In this document: positions 56,877-64,000 of the stretch, one piece after another | Position numbering within the stretch: position 1 is the first letter of the stretch | Layout of the letters: each line of letters starts with the position of its first letter | From: Lytechinus pictus | Taxonomy: Eukaryota | Assembly: GCF_037042905.1 (NCBI RefSeq) | Contig: NC_087251.1 | Location: 48,486,001 to 48,550,000 of the forward strand | Direction: 5' to 3' | Length of the DNA: 64,000 bases | The notes under the pieces: generated by a model | What the model saw: the letters and a program-made list of their open reading frames with translations, nothing else | Database searches by the model: none | What the model was told of the DNA's origin: nothing | Made by a program: the position numbers and the translations under genes

Positions 56877-58555
56877 GGCCATGCGTTTTGAGTTGGGCCC
56901 ATTTTCGTTACAACTCAAATTTTCCTCAAAAATCGCACCGTTTCATTCATTTGCATTTTTTTCTTATGTTTGACATCCTATACCCATAAAAGTATATATA
57001 TTCTGAAAGGATATTATCTGAGAAACTTAAAAATGCAACCAGAAAAGGCATAGGGTAATTTCATAAAAAGTTAAAGGTAAAAATATGTGGAAAACTTTGA
57101 AAAAATATATTTCAACTTTTTAGAGTAAGACCTTTCCAATGATACATAACCTGTTAGGGATAACTCTTACCAAAATAGTTTTGCGCAATCAATTTTTAAG
57201 ACAAAATTTCACATCACAATTTTTCAGGTAAATATGTAGCAATACCTGATTTACACCCCAAATATTATGTAGTCTTGCCTTTAGTTGCATGAATATACTT
57301 ATAAACAGTAACCAGTATATCATAATATATTTACTGTGGTTATTATTAATAATAAATTATATTATTTGACTTAAATCGTGGGATTTGTCATCTCTTGGCT
57401 CTAAGACCGGTGGACCACAGGTTGACAACCGAGAGTCAGGTTTCACATACATATAGGAAAATGTAACTAACATGTTATAAATAAATTCATTTATATTACA
57501 CCTGGCAAAATACTTCGATTATGTTATTTATAGTATTATGTTTTAAATATACCATCTTGCTCGACATTCTGCAGGACATAGTCTCTTGGTACTGGGTTGA
57601 ATGTCAGTGCCAATAAAAACACATTCTATGGGTACAATTGCCTCCGTTTTAGTGTAAACTTTGTACCAGTGTCGTTCTCAAGCAGTTTTTTTTATAATTG
57701 GGAAAATATTCTCTGAACACATTTGTGCCAGCCAATTATGTGTCATATACGGATTCATAGACGCAGTGTGATGTAACATTAAGAACAAATAGTAAATAGC
57801 ATCAGATGAGGACTTTACTGCTACAAACAAGTTTTCAGCAATCAAAATGGTATAAAAGATGTACTGGCTATCTGTTATGTTACCAGAGTAATCTGAAGGT
57901 TCGGATACATCATAGTCATCACTGTCAGTCAAAATTGAAACCATGAGGTCATAGTTAACAATATATTGATTTCTCTCTGAAGTGTTTAATTAGTTTGTGC
58001 TTTTCCTTTATAATTTTTTGCAGCTTCTAAATTTTATGGAAGGTGTTACCAACAACTATATTTTATCTCTCCTCATTTTCTTTTCATCAGACAGCTACAA
58101 TTTCAATCGTGTTAATTCCATGATTTACATTAATTAGTTATACTGATTTTAGCTTAATTAGGTATCCTTTAAACTTAAAAGTTCAAATTTGACCCACTTA
58201 TGATTAAAGAATAAGCCAGTGAGCCCCAACTATTTCATATTAAGGTACTGTGATGTTACATATTTATTTTCTTAATGAAATAAAAATTTATGCTCCCCTC
58301 GCCATTCTCTCCTCGTCAACCACCATGCAAAAATGGCCAATTGATGTTACATAATTGCTATTTACTGGTAAATGAAGTAATCTCAGGAATTTCTGTTTCT
58401 TTAAAGGAATTGGTATAAAGATTATCTTTAATGAGATACCAAATATACCCATGTAGCACATGTATGTAAAGTTTTATACCATTAATCATTTCTGTGCTTG
58501 TCGCGCAAATGTAACGATACCACCTATGTGTGCGGCCAACATAAAACGCATGGCC
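56877..58555. mobile_element. Non-autonomous DNA transposon, superfamily unassigned
   Basis: TIR GGCCATGCGTTTTGAGTTGG / CCAACATAAAACGCATGGCC. No clear TSD or transposase seen. Confidence 0.65.
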
Positions 58556-59914
58556 ACAACAGTTTGATGTTCCCTTCATATTGATCTTTCAAAATAATCT
58601 TATTCATAACAAATTATAATCCTGCAGCCTACGCTAAATATTCTAAAGCAGACACAGATATAACTTACGTTGTCTACTAAAAAAAATCTAAATGATATGT
58701 GCTAATACTACCCATACCTTGACACGGTTTCCCAGAAGATTATTTAAACTATACCGGAGTGAGCAACTAACGAAGCCCTCGAACAATTTCCCATTTTCTA
58801 ATCCATCTCCGAGCCGACGTTCGCTCTAGGCGCCGTAATTGCAAATTCAGTTTCGACGTTTTCTTCTTTCTCATCCCATATTACCCCCTTCTCCTCTCCC
58901 CTTCCCCTCATCTTTATCCATCTCCTCTTACTCCCGGGCTAACCTGCTTATTAAAGGTGCCGAATCTCTGTTGGCATAACGTCAATACTTTATTAGCAAA
59001 TGTGACCATGGCATTCCTTATATTTATTTGCCACACAGCCGACGTGGCTCAGGTGGGGATTTAATTCTATCTGTAGATTTTAATGGGAAATGGGTATTTG
59101 TAGAAAGCTATGAATTTAATTAAAAACGATATAGTGATATTCGTTTTTGTCAAAGAAAGATAACACCGGTTATTTCACTGATTAAAGACGTATTCCAATA
59201 AACCATCAAGTTGAATGCAATTAGTATGTAAAAGGGGGGGGGGATGAATAAAGCTCAAAATTCGTCAAATTGTACGCTTATTTTTCGAAATGTAGGCATT
59301 TTCAGGTTTTATTTTGTTTTACAAAAATAGTTATATGCAGGACAAAAAGTAATACGTACACCCAGGAACTTGTGACGTCACTCGATAACTTATTCTTTTG
59401 TATTATATCATACGAAAACTTGTACATTTCAATTTATATAGATTTGATTATAAAGAAACCTTCTCGTTTTAGATTATTTCATATGTTGGATGGTAATATA
59501 TATATATTTGAAAGTTCATGATAAAATGCAGAATAAAAAAGAATTGCTTATTATATGAGCTGTCTTATACTGTCCATGTTGCTATACCTAATTTGTAAAA
59601 GCAAGAGAAACCTAAAATGGCATAACCTCTATATTCACATCCTGATTTTATTAAATTTCGAGTATATTTCCTTTTTTGTATCCAAATTGACTTAATTTGG
59701 TTAATCTGCAATCCAAATTGGTTAATCTGCATATTTGTGGTTTCGATGGTAAAATAATAAGGCAGTAATCTAATTAATAATGATGCCATTAATACAAGTA
59801 TTTTTGTTTATCTTTTGAGAATTTATTGATTATAAACTATTTGACAGGTGCACACTGTAGTAACATGAATTAATATTCAATTCAATCAAATACATACAAT
59901 TGCAATATGTATTA

Positions 59915-60522
59915 AGTTAGGGTTACACCCTAACGAATCAACTGTGAATCCATCCGCATACACATGTTCGATGGTTTCGGGAATATTCTGTTCTCCCTCC
60001 GCGAATGCGAGAAAATTCGGGAGAGATTTGGGAACATTCGCTCCAAAATACTCCCGAATGTGACCACAACAAATTTCATTCGGGCCACATTTGGTATGTA
60101 TTCGGATAACATTCGGTTGGATTAGGGGAGGCATTCGGAGTATTCTGAGCAGATTCGGACCCATCCTTATCCTTCGGGGTGTAACGGTCCGAGCTCGGCG
60201 CATTTTACCATGTTCATTCCGATTCGAGTCAACATTCGGGTCGTCATTCGGCTGTAGTCGGATCACATTCGGCTCGATTCTGGGCACCTTTGGCTCGGCG
60301 ATTCTTGCCACTATTTGGGTGGCATTCGGCTTTTTGGGATGGCCAAAATTGATTCGGGTCAATTATTGGCGATACTGCGCTGAATCGGGACCTATTCTGG
60401 ATTCATTTTTCTCTATTCGGGGGATCTCACCGAATCCACCGTAACCATCCGAATTAGGCCGTTTTCGGGCAGTATCAGTCCGAATTTATTCGGAAGAAAT
60501 TGGTCGTTGTGTAGCCCTGGCT
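59915..60522. mobile_element. PIF/Harbinger-type MITE rich in CGAAT/ATTCG motifs
   Basis: Ends AGTTAGGGTTACAC / GTGTAGCCCTGGCT with TTA on both sides. Dense ATTCGG/CCGAAT sub-repeats. Confidence 0.75.
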
Positions 60523-63500
60523 TTAAAAAATTAATCCTTCTACTTATTCTAGTGATATTAATTTTATAATACTGATGTGGCTTCTCCTGTTAAACCAAAT
60601 ACAAAATACCACTCCTTCTACATGTTCTTAAAAAAATTATGATTAGTGATAGAGCGACACATCGACTCATAGATCTGCGAACAAATATGATGCCTAATTA
60701 CCATATAACAAATATAAGATAAATAACGACACTTGAAATACGTGACAACAAACTCCATTCATGGTATAAAGAATTTCATCAAGGGTCATCAAAATGTCAT
60801 CAAATTGTAATCAAGAATGTCATCAAGAGCAAATTTTTGGCGTTGAAGTCAGTTCTTAACTGAAAAGGTGGAGAGTAGATTACACTGCCGTGTTTCTAAC
60901 ACCCTTTCAGGCTTTGCGTGCCGATATATTTAGTCTTGGTTATATTGCATCGGTACCAGGTGGGCTGGAGTTTGGAACATGAAAGCGAACGGTCACAACT
61001 TTCTAAATGCCAATTTGTCAAATGCCAGGCTCAGGTGGAGTTTCTATTGCATGCCCCACTTATCACCTGAGATGATATGACGATGGGGTAAACTAAGATA
61101 GAAGGGGTAAGGAAAATCAATGTCAGAGCGGGGACTCTTCTTTAAGAGAAGGAATAACGCAAGTAGGAGTCGACGTGACAGGAGAAGAGAGTGAAGGAAC
61201 TCGGAAGAGAGAAGATAAAAGAAAATGTGTGTTTATGGATGCGCGTGTGCGGGGGGGGGGGGGCTGGATGTTCTTATATAACCTCTTTTTTCCGAGGACA
61301 GAGCATAAGCAAAAACCCATGAGGGGTAAATAGTCCTCGAAAGTCGGACAATGCACCTTATTCCTTCGACGGTCCGAGGACGAGGGACCAATTATATAGA
61401 GGAACAATAAGCCCTACTTGTTATCGGAAATTAAGCAGTACAAAGGTATGGGATGTGAAGGTTAGTGTGGGTGTGTATGTGTGCGTATGTTTGTGTAGGT
61501 GACACAGTGTGGTCTATTATAGTAGTTGTGTGTGGAGCTGTTCTTTGAGCCGCTAATTTAACTAGATTCATGAAAGTCCGGAGTTCGATTCCCTACACGG
61601 TAGTACTGCCTTTGAAAATGTGTGTTTGTTAAAGATCACGATCTTTTACGTTTACATTAAAACAAAATAGAAAATGCTATGAGCGTCATTGGCACTAACT
61701 ATGATACGTGTTTATGAAAGAGAAGAAGTTTGTTAGTTACGCTGGTTTCATTTGCTTGCTTAATTCTTTATGTAATTCTTCTATTTAACGAGCAAACAGA
61801 ATAGCGTGAGATATTTGAATCAAGATTCATCAATTACAGTAAACTACAATTTCCCGCTTCGTAAATATTTTGTTCAAATCATCAATAGTATGACTATTCT
61901 CAAACGTAATTAATTCTTAACGAACCCCATAGTTTTTCCTCATTCAATCTCCTTCTATGAAAGTAAGTTTTAAGCCCAATACATTTAATAAGAAGAAATA
62001 AATGTCAACCTGTTTTGACAATTTTCAAAGAAAATCTCTAAACAGTTATCATTACAACTTGCTCATAAGATTTGTTGTTAGAATCAATATTTGGGATATC
62101 AATGAATCAAGGGAATGGCGTTGAAAAGAAAGGAAATATAAATTTAAGCATAGAGTATTTCTGTATTTATTGGAAATGAAATAGCGAATATTCAATTTGA
62201 GTTGTGCTCTACACACATTATATTCGACTAAACATGCCAAACATGACATGATGAAGTAAGTAAAAGAACTAACACATGTAGGCATATGCGGTAAATCGAT
62301 GCAAATACTGATTAAAGTCAATATGTACACATTACAAATGACTTTTTATACAGTTATATATCTTTTGGCATTTTGTTCGTTTTCTTTGAATCAAAAGTAG
62401 AAGTTCTGATTTGCAATATTTGTGGGTATGTTTATATCACCTTTCTTGCTATCCCGAACCTATATCCCTCACATCATTCTACCAAATACCCCAATCCAAG
62501 TTTTAACATTTCGTCAAAATATTTTCAAGGTATATGTACATGTAGGCTGTATTTACCCCCCCCCTCAATCTCTCAGGTTTTTGTTGTTCAATCCCCCGTC
62601 TCTTTGGTTTATACATACATCCCGCAACTGCACAATAACCATGATATTCAGCTGGCGGCAAAAATAGTCACATTCATCTTGTCAGCTTCAGACCTTTGGA
62701 TAAAATGCAAATCGTCATCTCTTTATGACGTCATCCATGGAGATTGCCATGGCAACTTAGCGAATGTATACAGTTCATTGGCCATCATGAATACAATGAT
62801 GAGAAATGGGTGAAAAGCAAGAAGAGGAGGTAACGTGAGAAATGGGGGATGTATAGGAGAAGTGTCGTTTCTTTGAGAGTGCGATGGGGAGGGGGGTAAT
62901 TAAAGAGGGGTGTTGATTTGCACAGGTCGGAGCGCTCAGCATGTCGGCGACAGGGTGACACATGTAAAACAAACAGAAATCAGGTAAGGAAAATAATGTC
63001 TCAGCGCTGTGTTTCATGAAAGATGAATTGCACGACAGGGTTTGTGGGTAGGTTTTTTTTTTGTTTTTTTTTTGGGGGGGGGCGGAAGGAGAAATAGATA
63101 GGGACTGGCGCAGAGGATTGTCCTTTGTTCATGGGGGGAGGACATCTGTTGTTGCCCCCCCCCCCCCACACACACACACACACATATGATCCTCAGCCCC
63201 GCCGCCAATAGATAGGGAGATTAAACCTCTATTGAAGGGCCAAGTGGACTTGGAACATGTTTCACTGGCTTTAACTCAGGGGAGGGGGGTGACGAATGCT
63301 ACAGTCACAAAAACGAGGCCGATCAAACCAATGTTATTTCCAATGGCTTACCATCGGTTTGAAATCTATTTCGCTGGTCTGACCTTAGTATCATCATGGA
63401 TTTTCAAGCAATTCACGATGCCAAAGAATTTCGTTTACAGGGAAAAAAAATAAGCGACCAGTACGAATGCATTGAGAAGAATCTCACGGAGATGACTGTA

Positions 63501-63629
63501 AAATTATACTCAATGAGCTGCTTAAAACCTCAGACCCATATTCCCTCCCAGCCCATCATGGCGTCGACAAATCGAGGACAAAGAACGATTTGATGGAAAA
63601 AGTTCAGTATGTATACATACATATATATA

Positions 63630-63749
63630 TATTGTGAAAGAAATGGATGAAGAGAATAATGGTAGGCGTAGCTTAAATCAAGGTTCCCCAGAGCTATTTA
63701 CCCTTTTGGAAAAATTAGCAATGCCGAAATAATGTCTCTGCCGGGAATC
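63630..63749 (-). mobile_element. Inverted partial copy of the tRNA-containing repeat
   Basis: Reverse complement of the T arm through the 3' body. It directly abuts the + copy. Confidence 0.85.
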
Positions 63750-64000
63750 AAAACCCACCTACACCCGACAAAGGAAATTATAATTGGTTTAGTGTCGAAA
63801 ATCTGTCTATCTGACGGTCAATCGGATCGGGGTCGCCCTAGCCACTAACCCGTCTCTGTGGTCTAGTGGTTAAGGCTCCGGCGTTCAAAACTGGGGGCCC
63901 GTGTTCGATTCCCGGCAGATACATTTTTTCGGCATTGCCAATTTTTCCAAAGGGCAGATAGCTCTGGGGAACCTTGATTTAGGCTATGCCTACCATTGTT
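63750..64000 (+). mobile_element. tRNA-containing repeat, runs off the window end
   Basis: Same sequence as the other copies. Confidence 0.9.
63852..63923 (+). pseudogene. Degenerate copy of the TCA-anticodon tRNA-like gene
   Basis: Mismatches in the anticodon stem (ACTGG), T stem (CCGTG) and acceptor (CAGATAC). TCA retained. Confidence 0.6.

Noticed and set aside
59886..60444. 158-aa and 117-aa ORFs
   Set aside because: They lie within a CGAAT/ATTCG-rich MITE and have low complexity with no recognisable domain.

Overview
AT-rich, repeat-dense animal genomic DNA. An invertebrate deuterostome, probably a sea urchin, is inferred from the repeat style. The only supportable protein-coding segment is the large terminal exon (48458-49380, +) of a THIK-type two-pore K+ channel (KCNK13/KCNK12-like). 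Its first exon is not visible, so most of the window is probably one intron of more than 48 kb, followed by a long putative 3' UTR. The rest is MITEs and non-autonomous DNA transposons (Tc1/mariner-, hAT-, Harbinger-like), SINEs, a decayed LINE RT, and micro/minisatellites. Main observations: (1) A ~400-bp repeat associated with (TA)n occurs 7 times (tandem, solo and inverted). It carries an internal 72-nt cloverleaf with a TCA (UGA-reading) anticodon, a short variable loop and a Pol III terminator. (2) The channel's stop codon is TGA-CAA-TTA, the classic leaky-stop context, and readthrough would add 10 residues. (3) One SINE-like element appears to have a 7SL/Alu-domain head. (4) A minimal hammerhead-like motif lies next to one tRNA-bearing copy. 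All calls were made by eye; no searches or folding programs were run.
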